64,000 nucleotides of DNA from Laetmonice hystrix. Taxonomy: Eukaryota. Of the stretch, positions 35,287-47,754 are shown one piece after another. The DNA is taken from positions 26,166,001 through 26,230,000 of the forward strand of contig OZ249436.1 of NCBI GenBank assembly GCA_965235115.1. The letters are read 5' to 3'. The translations under genes and the position numbers were made by a program. The notes under the pieces are model-generated. The model searched no databases, was not told the origin of the DNA, and worked only from the letters and a program-made list of their open reading frames with translations. How positions within the stretch are numbered: position 1 is the stretch's first letter; each line of letters begins with the position of its first letter.

Positions 35287-37619
35287 CGCCAGTTAAAAGA
35301 AATGCAAAGCCATGTACTCACAACAGTTCGGTGTCAACCAGGGGAGAAGAAAAAAGATTCGAAGAACGGAAGTGGGTAGGAATACTGTAAACTCGGCGAC
35401 ATCCGCTAAGATCCGTGTTACAACGTAGTCCCGAAACCAACACCAGACGGCAGTACTGGCGTAGACTAGCGTGACATTCAAAATGGCGGAGTTCCAGCTG
35501 TCACTTCAACTTTTGTAACTATTGGAATAACATGCAAATCACGCCAAATGAACACCTAACGTGGCGTAGGTATCTGAAATGTGATATTTCATGAAATACC
35601 CCTCGTACAGAACTGAAGACTTGTCTATTATCTTTAGTCTACGCCCATAAGGTACTGTCGGCAGTGAGCAGGGACAATGTTTTGATCACGTGACTTGATT
35701 GTGCCGCAATATAGCCTAGACGTCTAGGCTGCTAAAAGACCTTCAGTTCGTCTATTCAGACTTAGCACAATCTTCTATGTCTCGATGTCGTGATGCTTCT
35801 TCTGTTAATGGCTGCTACTATGCTCACAATCTGTGATAAGCTAACGTGTGGTTCAGCAGAGCCTCCAGTCAGGCTGAGCCAAGCCTATCCAGGCCTACTG
35901 CATGGCGTAGTTGCTGACAGCGCCACCTGTCGGATTAGTTCTGAAAGTACCCCATTAACTGCGTGCGTAGATTAGACCTAAGCAGCTTAGGCCGCGCCAT
36001 GCCTAAGAAACAGCCTTCTGGCTTCATTCGAAATTCGAAATTCGAAATTCGAAATTCTATATCTAATCTCACCAATCGGAATTCTTGTTGCATAGGCTAT
36101 AGATGTGGATCTATAGGCCTACACCCTTGTACGAAGGGAGCCGTTTCTATAGCCTAGGCACGGCGGCCTACGCTAATTAGAATCTAGGCCTAATAGACTT
36201 TTTAGGCCGAGGCCTCGCCTATAAGCTGCTTACGCACGCAGTTAGGCTATCTTCGTAGGTCTAGACGTAGGCGGGCTTTAGGCCTGTCTCACAGGTTCCT
36301 CTGAGTCCTAGCCAAGGCCGGATCCAGGATTTTTTTCGGGGGGGGGGGGGGGCACAGGTGTATGGGTGGATGAATGGACCCATATACCTACCTGACATGG
36401 GCAAGGGTCAGTAGGCCTATGGGGGACCAGAACCCTGCTTTTGAAAAAAATCGGGGGGGGGGGCTGCGCCCCCCTAAATCCGCCACTGCTAGCCTAGCCT
36501 AATGGGGTACTCTCAGAACTAATCCGACAGGTGGCGCTGTCAGCAACTACGATATGCAGTAGGCCTGGCTAGGCTTGGCTCAGCCTGGCTGGAGGCTCTG
36601 CTGAACCACACGTTAGCTTATCACAGATTGCGAGCATAGTAGCAACCATTAACAGAAGAAGCATCACGACATCGAGATATAGAAGATTGTCCTACGCCAC
36701 GTTAGGTGTTCATTTGCATGTTATTCCTAGTTATTTCAATAGTTACAAAAGTTGAAGTGACAGCTGGAACTCCGCCATTTTGAATGTCACGCTAGTCTAG
36801 GCTGATTGGTTCTGACAATAGGTCTAGCCTCGAACCGGTAACATTGATACAAATAATGGTTTTTAAATTTGTTTTCATCTTTTAAATTAGGTATCTTTTG
36901 ATGTCGAAAACAAAAGAGACATATGTCTGCACTTTTCACGATGTCTGAACATTACCAACGACCCGAAAGAAGTGTAATCGTGGCTTGATGGCAGCGACCC
37001 TATCCTTTACAATAGCAACCTCGTTTTTGGATAGCTTAGTTGGTGGAAGCGCCACCTTCCGAGTGTTTTGGCGTATAGTACCCCATAGGCCTAGGCCTAA
37101 AGCAGTTTAAAACTAGGCCTAAATATTAGTAAATTTATTAGGACCTAATCTAGCCAAGCCTCAGCCAGTGAGGCTTACGACCACTCCCAGCATGCATCTC
37201 TCTGATCTAGCCAGGTCCCCTGCTCTACGTATACGTAACATGGCAGACGCGTCTGTTAGGCAGGGTACCAGGCTACTCTCTGACCCGGGAGGTCAAAATA
37301 GCCGCGATAGGCAGAGAGCGAAATTCATCAATTACAGACTTTGTGCTGCCCTATTATGTCTCATTGTGCTTTCCAAGTTTGTAAATTAGTGAGATAACTT
37401 ACTTTAAGTGGGTTTATCAATATTTAGCCCAGATAGGCCTAGGCTATATGGGCAGGATAGGGGTTTTCATGGTGGTCCAACCCAGTCGGCCCGAACCACG
37501 TTTGATATTTGTGGCCCCGATCGCCTCCACTATAGCACAAGATCTCGTGGAGAGAAGAATCTCTATGCATAAAATTATTTTGCCGTGATCAGCTGGTTGA
37601 CCAAACAGTAGTCATTCGT

Positions 37620-39245
37620 AGCGTGGAAGGTGGGGCATAACGGAACCATTAATTTTGACACTTTGTAACACATTTGTGCTTACACTCAGGATCCTCATAT
37701 CCACGGATCCAATACATGCTTACGTCATCTTTAGAATAATAATGATGAAGAGTACCATACCTATCAACTTACTGATATAATGGACAAAATATTTTTTTCT
37801 GGCAGAGGACCACTTTGCCCCATGGGTCGGGTAATATGGCACCCCCCTATGGGGCAATATGGAACCCCCTGTTCCGTTTTGCCCCAGCTAGATCTAAATC
37901 TATAAAAGAATACCGAGGTCTTAATGAAAACAAATGGTTTTGACAGACAACAATATTCAAAAATGGTTTAATTCACCATTCACTAACTTAGTTATTGATC
38001 AAGCAGAACCCTCTTCATACCTTTTAGATGAAGAAAACCTCAGAATGGAAAAAAATAAAATTGTGTTTAGATTTTCTACACTATAGTCCTTTTAATGAAC
38101 ACTAGTTCTGAATAGGCCTAAACTTCTTATCTATAAGTTAACTCCAAAGCCATTTTTCCAACTATTGATCGTAATATGTTGAGACTGGCTTCATAAAACA
38201 TGCAGCCGTTGGATGTAAGTGGGCGGAGTGTCCATCTAAGATCAACAGGACGGGGTTTTCGATTGCGGGGGAAAAAAAGAGATTTTATGAATAAATTTCG
38301 GCTCCAATTTCTTCGAGAAAACATAATCTGGCTCCTTCTGTGGTTGAAAGAAATATACCAGAAAATAGAAAGAAATTTTCTGGCTCTGAAATTGTGCGAA
38401 AAAAATATTCTTCTAAACCAAATCTTCCTAACCCCCCCAATAAAGTTAAATGGTTGGCCCCTAAGGCTAGTAACAGTGTAGGCCTAAGTGTAGGCCTAAG
38501 TGTAAAACAATCAAAAGTCAACATCCTATTTCCCTTCTGACAGGAGAATTGGATAATTATTAAAGAAAATATTTTCGAGATTACTTTTGGCCTAATGGAA
38601 TGATAATAATCAGCAGGTGGGGCAAAATGGAACACCTGGGCCCGGTTTTTAGTTCGTCATTTTACCAATCTTAAGACTGGAATTTTAAGACTGACTTGTG
38701 TTATGGTCTCTCATTGGTTGACTTCATTTGAAGGACCAATTAGAAGCTCTGAAACAAGAGTTCCGTCTTAAGATTTGAATCTGAAGACTCGGTTTGCAAA
38801 CTAAATACCTGGGCAGGCGGGGCATAATGGAACACGGGTCCATTCTGCCCCATCTCATAATGGACCATTTTGCCTCAAGGTCATTTTAGTCGACTGGGAC
38901 TCCACAGCCAGAAATCGGCTGGGAAGCTGTCGATCATGAATATTCTTTGATTAGGCTAACTGAAACATTATCTTCACAGGCAAGGTTAGGTTTTTCGGAA
39001 TCTCTGATCATAATTGGAACTACCGATCTCAGAAAATGTGCTTACCCTATATCAGGAGGGTCAAAATTATTTGTGCCTCTCAATATCCTGCCACGTTGTA
39101 CGTCTGACCTGGATATTTTGACGTTATGCCCTGGTGGCTAGACTCTATAATTACACAAAACGTCGCAAGGCGGCAGCACCTCCAAGGTATAGATCTAAAC
39201 AAATTCCACTTTGCCCCATGGTTCCATTTTGCCCCACTTTGCCTA
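37620..39245. mobile_element. DNA-transposon remnant with GGGGCAAAATGGAAC repeats, with a small CWG-type MITE nested at ~38637-38816
   Basis: The motif occurs in both orientations at ~37630, 37850, 37875, 38618, 38820 and 39222. Confidence 0.5.
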
Positions 39246-39305
39246 CTGGGTAGCGTGGCCTGCTTATGATCCGAAGGCCATGGGTTCGCGCCCAACCATA
39301 ACCAT
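39240..39305 (+). mobile_element. Possible tRNA-derived SINE head fragment
   Basis: A-box-like GCCTACTGGGTAGCG and B-box-like GGTTCGCGCCC at tRNA-like spacing. No complete cloverleaf. Confidence 0.3.
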
Positions 39306-39384
39306 TGGTTTTTTGGTTGTTGTTTTCCCTCATTTTTCAAAAAGGGTAAAGCCCGACCATCGGCCGATCATCGCAGAACGTTAA

Positions 39385-39870
39385 GGCCCGGCCACACAGA
39401 GCCGACTACCCCCAACCCGATGGTCGGAGGCCCGGGGGGTCCAAATCGGCCAACTACTCAGTCAGTCTGATATATGCCCAACCATGCCACGCTGAATGCG
39501 ATCCGAAAGTCGGGAGTGGGATGCCACACTAGCGACACCACTCGTGACCAGTATAGGCCTATACTATTGTAACTATTCATTCCCCTAGCGGTATACGTTC
39601 CAACTCCGCCATGTTGTTTGTGTTGTCCCGCTCGCAGGGTATCTTGGGAGTCTGGTCGGTAGGTATGCCACACAGGCCCGACTAGGCCCGACCAGACCAA
39701 ACCGTTTGGTCGCTCATCTTGTGCAGGACAAGATGAACGACCGACTGGTCAGTCGGTGAAAAACACCCGACTACGGCCGACTGACCATGCCAGACAGGGC
39801 CAACTACCCCCGACTCGACTCCCCCAGACCATCGGGTCGGGGGTTGTCGGCCGCTCTGTGTGGCCGGGCC
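39385..39870. mobile_element. Harbinger-like MITE nested in another palindromic element (~39348-40003)
   Basis: TIR GGCCCGGCCACACAGAG ... CTCTGTGTGGCCGGGCC with TAA/TTT flanks. Outer inverted CGACCATCGGCC repeats are present. Confidence 0.75.
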
Positions 39871-40539
39871 TTTAATTATAGTTGCAGTGATCCGGCCGTC
39901 GGCTGACCGATTGCTGAGAGTTAGGCCTAAGTGACGTGAATTTTGACCTGACGTCGAGCGATGGTGGGCCGATGGTCGGCCGACGGACCGGCCTTTGCTT
40001 TAAAGTATAGCTACAGGGAAGTCAATCAGCATAACATTATCTGATTGGTCGATTTCATGGTAGATATGCAAGCTCTCCTAGGATTGGCCAAACGAGATTT
40101 CGCGAATTTCGAATCTCGAATTTCGAATCTCGAATTTCGAATCTCGAATTTCGAATTTTGCATGAGCCTTCTGGGCTTTCGTAGGTAGGCTATGCCCTCA
40201 GCGCCAAATGCGCGAGGCGAACAGGGTCTGCAGGGTCTGGGCTGGGCACCTCCCTCAGAAAAATGTTTGAATTTAGAAGGCAAAAAATGCTATTAAATTG
40301 TGACAGAATGCAAACGTTTCTCAAGGAATTTAGGCCTAGTCTATAGGCCTAATTTTTGTAACTTCTTCAAACTAAGGGTAGCATGTGACCCAAGAGGGGG
40401 TCGAACCGCCTCCCTCTAGTTCCGCGCCTAGAACAGGAGTGCGCCCCCCAGCTTCACCCTCGTCTAATCGGGCCATTTAGCCCAATAATTTTTTAATTAC
40501 ACGTTGTGTGTCAAACAAAAGGTATAGTATGCCTATATA

Positions 40540-41813
40540 CGGGTAGTTTCCGATCGGTAGTACGACAGGTTCCCGAGTGTCCTACGAAAATTGTCCGTTC
40601 AAAGAAAATTATTGAAGACTGATGGGCAACTACTCGTTGGAATGTTGTCAAATAATCGGCAACTGGTCGGCGATTTATCGGCGATAATGAACGACTAGTT
40701 GCAGATTAGTTGCCGATGTTCGTATGGCGCTCGGCAGTCTCTGGAGGAATCGCTCAGTAGGCCTATTCCACAAGCTGTTGAAGACGAAACATCCCAACAT
40801 GGTTCTGCCATTTCAACCAAGACAACTACAGATGCTGGGATTGATGCTGCAACACGAAGAGGAAAATGACGCTGCTGCATTGGCTCTTCTGCTGTACCAG
40901 AGAAGAAGAAGGAGAAGACGGAGAAGTTCTGGATGAGGCCATGGATTTTGGATGTGAAAGAGCCGACTAACGGCAGGTCGTCTTTCTTGCTGGTCTCTGA
41001 GCCTGGGACTGCTGGAGAGGTTGGGGTCTCCTCTGACTCTATGGTTTGATGGTGACCACCTTTAGTCTCCATCACCAGGGGCCCTTCCCTCTCTTCCTGG
41101 TCCTCACTTGGCACTTGTTTGGGCTTGGGAATCAGGCTGCCATCACTGTTATTGTCTGTCTGGGCTCGTCTAGCTCTCTTACCCTTGCCCCTCGCCTTCG
41201 TGGAGACTCGATTGGGCATGGTTTTAGTATGTTGGATGTGAAAGAGCAGACAGGTCGTCGTTCTTGCAAGGTGAAAAGGGAATGGTTGTCCACTGTGCAC
41301 ACCAATTTATACTGTCCTGTTAAGTGGTCCACGAACGGTAGACGACAGATCAGCGGGTAGTTGTTGTTGGTTGGCCAATGGTCGGCGATTGTTCGTGTGT
41401 ATTTCGCCAACTGAAGGTTGAACCAGAAGGTTTTTGATGCAGCAGCATAAACCTCCAGCCGATCAAAATGCTCGAACAACCACTTACCGAACACTGGTAA
41501 CCTTTTACAGACTACTAAAAATCTGTACATACAACCTCTGACAACCAACTACCGACCAGTGGTTATCAGCAGTTGTGGACCATTTGCCAACATTCCCACG
41601 AACGGTCGCTCATCAGTCTTCAAAAATCTTTGATGATCAGACAATTTTCGTACGACACTCGGCAACCTGTCGTACAACCGATCGGTAACTAATTGCCCAA
41701 TGAAATTTCTTGCAGATTTCAGGTTTTTGATCGTCAGTGGTTGTCGTTGGTCGCAGCTTTTTTTGGTTGTTGGAAGTCGGCGGTTGGTCGTACCTCTTGT
41801 GTGACTGGGGCTT
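40540..41813. mobile_element. Internally deleted PIF/Harbinger element retaining the 5' ends of both convergent genes
   Basis: Plus strand ALALLLYQRRRRRRR then (frameshifted) KFWMRPWIL resembles a Harbinger transposase N-terminus. Minus strand MPNRVSTKARGKGKR may start the partner gene. Inverted subterminal blocks lie at ~40543-40600 and ~41640-41692, and the right end is GTGTGACTGGGGC. Confidence 0.62.
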
Positions 41814-42404
41814 GAAGATGTTAAGTTGTTATGAAGTCGTTCTCCACCGTGATGTTAAATGTAAAGGAAAGCTAGCTGGGGTAACAGAGCTCTCTCGCTT
41901 GTGCTGAGAGGCCACACACACAAAGTCCCAAACACTTGCATTGAGTAATCCACTGTCCACGCTTTATTCCAATTCCTAGTGAGGAATGGAATATTGCTGA
42001 CTCGATCACTCCTCCCATTTCAGGTATATCGCATCGCGCACTTCAATCTCCCGATTTCTTAAGCGTCACTTTTTATAGGGGTGACCGGCCAGGAGCAACA
42101 TAGGCGCTGACATCATTTTCATCCAATCAAGTGGATAGTGTACGTGTCGGTGATCTGTGGTCAGCGCCTGCCCCCTTGTGTGTCTGAGGCCTGCTCCTCC
42201 TCCGCCTGTGGGCGGGGTTCGGTCAGCACCCTGTGTGTATGGACCCGTGTGCCCGCAAGGCAACCTTGCGACAGTGAGCCATCCCGATTCACGACCATGA
42301 GGACCATGTTATGTGTATGATGTGGTGTAGGTAGGTCAAGTGGCACCTGATTATCTGGTTTTCACTGTTCTAGCCAGGTGTCATCCTTGCGATGATCAAC
42401 AGAT

Positions 42405-42685
42405 TAAATATAATTCGAAATTTGAATTAGAATTAGAATAGAAATAGAAATGGAATAGATTAAAATATAGAATTATTAATTAAATATAGATATATATATA
42501 TATAATATTAATTAAATATAGAATATAGAATTATAGAATTATAGATTAATTATAGAGCTAATTAAATGAACCTTAAGTATACAATTAAGTATAGAATTAA
42601 ATATAGAATTAAATATAGAATTGTAGATATAGATTATAAATATAGAATTATAGATTAAATAGAAAATATCAGATTAATTATAGGT
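42405..42685. repeat. AT-rich low-complexity repeat, (AAATATAGAATT)-like
   Basis: Directly visible. Confidence 0.8.
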
Positions 42686-43261
42686 TGCAATGAACTCGAG
42701 GCAGCCTCAAAATGAAACCTAGATAATTGTGTACCTATTTTTGTAATCAAGTTTTTCCTTTTAATGTGCTGGGAGGTCTGTCATGGTAGGAGACAAAAGG
42801 TTTATTCCTCCAAGAAATGGCCAGACAACAATTTTTGCTTTGATTCCAGTTTGCTTTGAATGGGCTGGGAGGCCTGTCGTGGCTTGAGACGAAAGGTGTA
42901 TTCGTCCAAGAAATGGCCAGACAACATCATGGCCATTTCACTTCACTGGATACTGAATGGATGTGACCTTTATAATAGGCCTACATTAATATCTATCTGA
43001 AAAAGACTGGACGTGTTTTGTATTTATTCTTTTCTTCAAAGTTGATTTTGCTTAATTCCTTTGTATTTACACGTAATCCATAAAAATGACGCCCTCTGTT
43101 TCAGGTATATAAGTCACCCTTTACAGTACTGGACTGCGTTCTCTTGGTTCAGGAAAGAAATTACAACACCTATTTACAAATAATGATGAGTTTCTGACGA
43201 TTTTTTGACGAATTGACTAGTTTACCTTCGTCAGACAGGGCGTTCTGAGTACCCAAATCTA

Positions 43262-45920
43262 CACTGAAATTTTAGGTCGTCAAGGATTCGTCACATGCTT
43301 GTCAAAGTAACAAGTTTAGCCTTGTCAAGGACACTGACAAACTATTGACAAGGTCATTCTCACAAACTCGTCATAAAGTCCGTTGTAACTGCTTAGAATG
43401 TCGCTTACTTGACACGTGTTTTACACTTTCGTAATGGATGCCGACGGGAGTTAGAGGACACGAAAGAAGGTAAGCACTGCTTACAGTAGGCCTAATCTAA
43501 ATAATCTGGTATATAAATGGTGTTATATTGTGTCAGATTATCTGTATATAACAGCAGAATGTTCTTTAGACTTGGGTGGGATGTTAATTTTTGTAAAGAA
43601 TAGAAGGATGCCCCTAAAATTTATTGATTGAAAATAGGCCTCTTGCAAAAAGCCCGACAGTAGAGGCCTTTGGCTTTGTCTGGTATGAGAGTTTTGGCGG
43701 GACGGAATAGGGGGAGGGCCTAACACTGATTAGGCCTGGGCTAGGGTTTAGGGAATTCTTGGATCCGCACCTGGTTATAGCCTGATATAGGGGGGGGGGG
43801 GACAAATAATAATCGAGCCCTTTTTTTTTGACAAGGTGACGAGTTAAAACTTGTTGTTTTAGGCACCGTCAATTGACAAGCCAAAACTTGTTTATTTGAC
43901 GACCTTTTGACAAGTCTCTAGTTGACAACTTTTTGACGAGTTACAGTAGTTTTTGACAAGGTGACGAGTTAAAGCTTGTTGTTTTAGGCACCGTCAGATT
44001 GACAAGCCAAAACTTGTTTATTAGACGACCTTTTGACAAGTCTGTGTTTTAGGTGTACTCCTTTTTGGGTGCTTGGATTGGGTAGGCAAAACTACTCAGA
44101 TTGGCGAATATTTAAGTAGTTTTTGCCCGCTGAGATTTTCTATGCAGGGTAGAGAAGTAATGTTGGCTTGGTCCTCCAGGCCGTAGGGGCCAAAGTGGGG
44201 ACACTGACGCTAGTACACTGAAAACTTTAGGACGTCAAGGATTCGTCACATGCTTGTCAAAGTAACAAGTTTAGCCTCGTCAAGGACACGGACAAACTAT
44301 TGACAAGGTCATTGTCACACACTCGTCCGTTGTAACTGCTTAGAATGTCGCTTACTTGACACGTGTTTTACACTTTCGTAACGGATGCCGACAGGAGTTA
44401 GAGGACACGAAAGAAGGGAAGCACTATGCTTACAGTAATCTAAATAATCTGGTATATAAATGGTGTTATATTGTGTCAGATTATCTGTATATCATAGCAG
44501 AATGTTCTTTAGACTTGGGTGGGATCTTAATTTTTGTAAAGAACAGAAGGATGCCCCTAAAATTTATTGATTGAAAATAGGCCTCTTGCAAAAAGCCTGA
44601 CAGTAGAGGCCTTTATCTGGCATGACAGTTTTGGCGGGACGGAATAGGGGGAGGGCCTAACACTGATTAGGCCTGGGCTAGGGTTTAGGGAATGTAGGCT
44701 ATAAATTAGGTCCGTGTCTGCTTCATTACATCATTAACACAACCAGTATAGTAGACAGCGTGACATTGGATGATCTAATTTTTTTAGCCTAAAGCTCATA
44801 ATTTACATCAATTTAGTTTCTGCAACTTTTTTTTTGCTTGTTCAGGGGTCGGGTGGCAGTCCTGATGTTACACAGGCGCGGATCCGCCCCCCTAACTTTT
44901 ATTTTACACCAGATGCCAGGAAATCACATCTAAGCCTATCTTATTTTGAGAATTTTCTGTGGACCCCCCCCCCCCCCCCCGCAGAAATTCTTGGATCTGC
45001 ACCTGGTTATAGCCTAATATAGGGGGGGGGGCAAATAATAATCGAGCCCTCCTCACATTTTGGGGGCATGAACCCCCAATTCCTCAGTTCCATCACCCCT
45101 GTTAATAAGTACCCCTGTCTCATTTTGTTGTAACCAGAACCTTCCCGGTCATTTTTCTGTTCTTTTAAAGTAATCTTCCAGTTTACCAAAAAATTTAGAT
45201 AGCCTCCTCGAATTAACAGGGTCGGCCAAGATAAGTAAGGCCAGTTTCTTTAAATGACATGAAAATTGAAGGTCCAGAACATATACCGGTATTAACATTT
45301 TACTTGTGTATTTCAGGAGTGAGAAGGCCGTGGAAGAACAAGCATGAGCAAATCGTGTGCAAAAAGCTGCAGAGGCTTACTGTGAGTCTGTCGATGTATT
45401 GCAGTAAAAAAGAACTATTTCTTCACATGTACTATACAGTTAGTGAACTAATATGGACGTGTTTAACGTGAGGGGAGGGTTCTTTGATTTTATATTTCAT
45501 GGAAAAAAAAGAGTAGTGACTGTTGATGATGTCTTAAAGTTAAAAAGACAAACTGGTTATTGTATTAGTTATAAAGGATATCCCAGCGTCAAAGCAGTGT
45601 ATATGGAAAACGTGAAATATAGGGATTTTACTATCTCCATCTGTCAAGTTGTTTGTTTTGTCTGACAAACCTTTAAATAGTTTAATTAAATGTTTTTCTT
45701 CTCAGTGTGTTGCAGGCGTTTTTTTTTCTTTTCAGACATTGGCATGGATAACAGGTCCATGATTTATGCAGGGTATCCAGTCTAGTTTTTGACAAGATAT
45801 AGTGTTCTCGACAAGTTTTTGACAAGGTGACGAGTTAAAACTTGTTGTTTTAGGCACCGTCAATTGACAAGCCAAAACTTGTTTATTTGACGACCTTTTG
45901 ACAAGTCTGTGTTTTCAGTT
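43262..45920 (+). mobile_element. Two tandem copies (43262-44055 and 44216-45920) of a CACTG-ended non-autonomous element (EnSpm/CACTA-like)
   Basis: Both start TA|CACTGAAA, share ~480 bp of 5' sequence and end in TTGACAAG/TGACGA subterminal repeats. Copy 2 carries extra internal sequence. Confidence 0.72.
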
Positions 45921-47754
45921 AAGGGGCACTGGAAGTCTCTGATCTGCCGAGCTGAGGAGTTTCACCTCTCTTTACTCGTTGGTATAAGCGAAACCTTAGA
46001 GGCTGTGTCGTTTAGCTCCTAAATTATGCAGTTATGGTTGACCAACCGGAAGATTGCAACCGCCGCCGCCGCCGCAGCAGCAGCAGCAGTAGCAGCCATG
46101 GGCCGGCAGGCACCTTGTCAGGCTGTTTCGGTCGGTTGACATCAGCTCCTGCCTGTGGGTTCTGCCAAACAGACAGAGTTGGGGACAACGTACTGACCAG
46201 CCCCGACTACTACTACGACGACGACGACGACGACTACTACTACGACTACTACTACATCACCATCATGTACGACAACTACCAACTAGTCACCATGATTGCA
46301 TGCAATCATTCATCCCATTTCCCCTTTGTCAATCAGTGTCACAGGCCTAGGGCTAGGAAACATTACAAAGATGAAGGGCTATTATTATAATGTACTTGAC
46401 GAAAATTATGATGAAATTTCTGATGATTATCTGGATCATGATGTATTATATTATTTAAAATCTGATGATAACAATGTCAAACGTTCAGATATTTTCAAAG
46501 TAGAAGGTACATGGTATCACCTTGTAGTTATGTACCATTCTTTAAAGGAATGCTTTTCTTGAGTTAAATCATATTTAGAATTGAAGAAGGCATAATTCTA
46601 CAACCCATGTTATTTGTTTAACATCAAACAGTTTATATTATATTGTCAAAAAGAACTTTAATGCAGATTCATAGTCACCGCCATTGGCGCACCGCGCGCC
46701 CTCTTGCGGCAATAATAGCAATGACTTGGCTACATCTTTGACTACGTCACGAAGGGACTCACTCAGCCCTGGATTATGCCTCGGCCCTCGTTAAACAAGT
46801 GTTGACAAGTAGGCGGTCTGCTCATGTAGCGACCTGATAGTTTAAATAGGGACCTGTTAAATAAGTCTCGGCAATGATATCTAGTTCTATAGTGTATTTA
46901 TTTTAATAGTGCCCCACAAAAGTGAGAGGGGTTCGTCAGAACCCTCGGAACCCCCGCCCCCTCCCCCGGCTACATCCATCATCCATAGGCATAGCCATAC
47001 CCATAGCATTAGCCTAGAAGGAAATAGGCCGAAAATATGCCCTAGCCGGTTTCCAAGATAATATAAGCTATGGAGGTAGGCCCTACACGTATTTAGGGCC
47101 GTATCTAGAAATTTCTGAGACTGGGGGGGGGGGGGGGCAGCAGTAGCAGTAGGCTACTACTAGTAGGCCCTAAGCCCCCCCCCCCCCCGGCTAAGTCCAG
47201 CCTGGCTGAGGGTTATCATTTTGCAGTGTGTCTATGTCAGACTACGGCGCACCTAGCTAGGTCGACCCCCCCCTTACAAAATATTTTTTTATGCAAAATC
47301 CTGCATCACCCCCCCCCCCCTCAATGGCCTTAGACTTAGTATGGGTGTCTGTCCTCGGCCCGGTGTGCAGCTTGGCGACGGAGTTGGCGGGGGCGGCTTG
47401 CTACAGAGTAGGCCTGCTACAGGCCGGTCACGCCCACGGGTTGTCTCGGAAAACCGGTCTTTGGTAAATACTCCCCCCCCCCCCTCAGAATGTAAAGTGT
47501 AAATTGGTGGTATATTGGGCCGTTTGCCTCCTCCTTCAGCCAATTTACTAATCACTGCCACTGCACTGGTGACTGGACGCAGTAGAAATACTAGAATGAG
47601 ATTAGGCCTAGTAGATCTACGGGGCCTAGACTAGTCACTAGACTGCACTCTCGACTCTAGTCACAGCAGAAAAGTGGTCTAGGGCCTAGGCCTAAGTTTA
47701 GTTAGTCACAGAAAAAATCGAGACATTCACACTATGCGGGTAGAATAATATTAA

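Larger units (their letters stand above)
29696..35461 (-). mobile_element. Full-length Gypsy-like LTR retrotransposon, Troyka-like (3-bp TSD)
   Basis: LTRs at 35287-35461 (5') and 29696-29867 (3') appear identical except for a 3-bp indel. PBS, PPT and an intact ORF are present. The TSD is TAG at 29693-29695 and 35462-35464. Confidence 0.93.
29407..35954. mobile_element. MITE with TIR TGGGGTACT, hosting the LTR retrotransposon; uninterrupted inverted copy at 36503-37085
   Basis: 29407-29695 plus 35465-35954 match the reverse complement of 36503-37085, apart from an extra ~190 bp at ~35570-35765. Confidence 0.85.

Noticed and set aside
39240..39305. Functional tRNA gene
   Set aside because: No acceptor stem or complete cloverleaf could be built; at most a SINE head.
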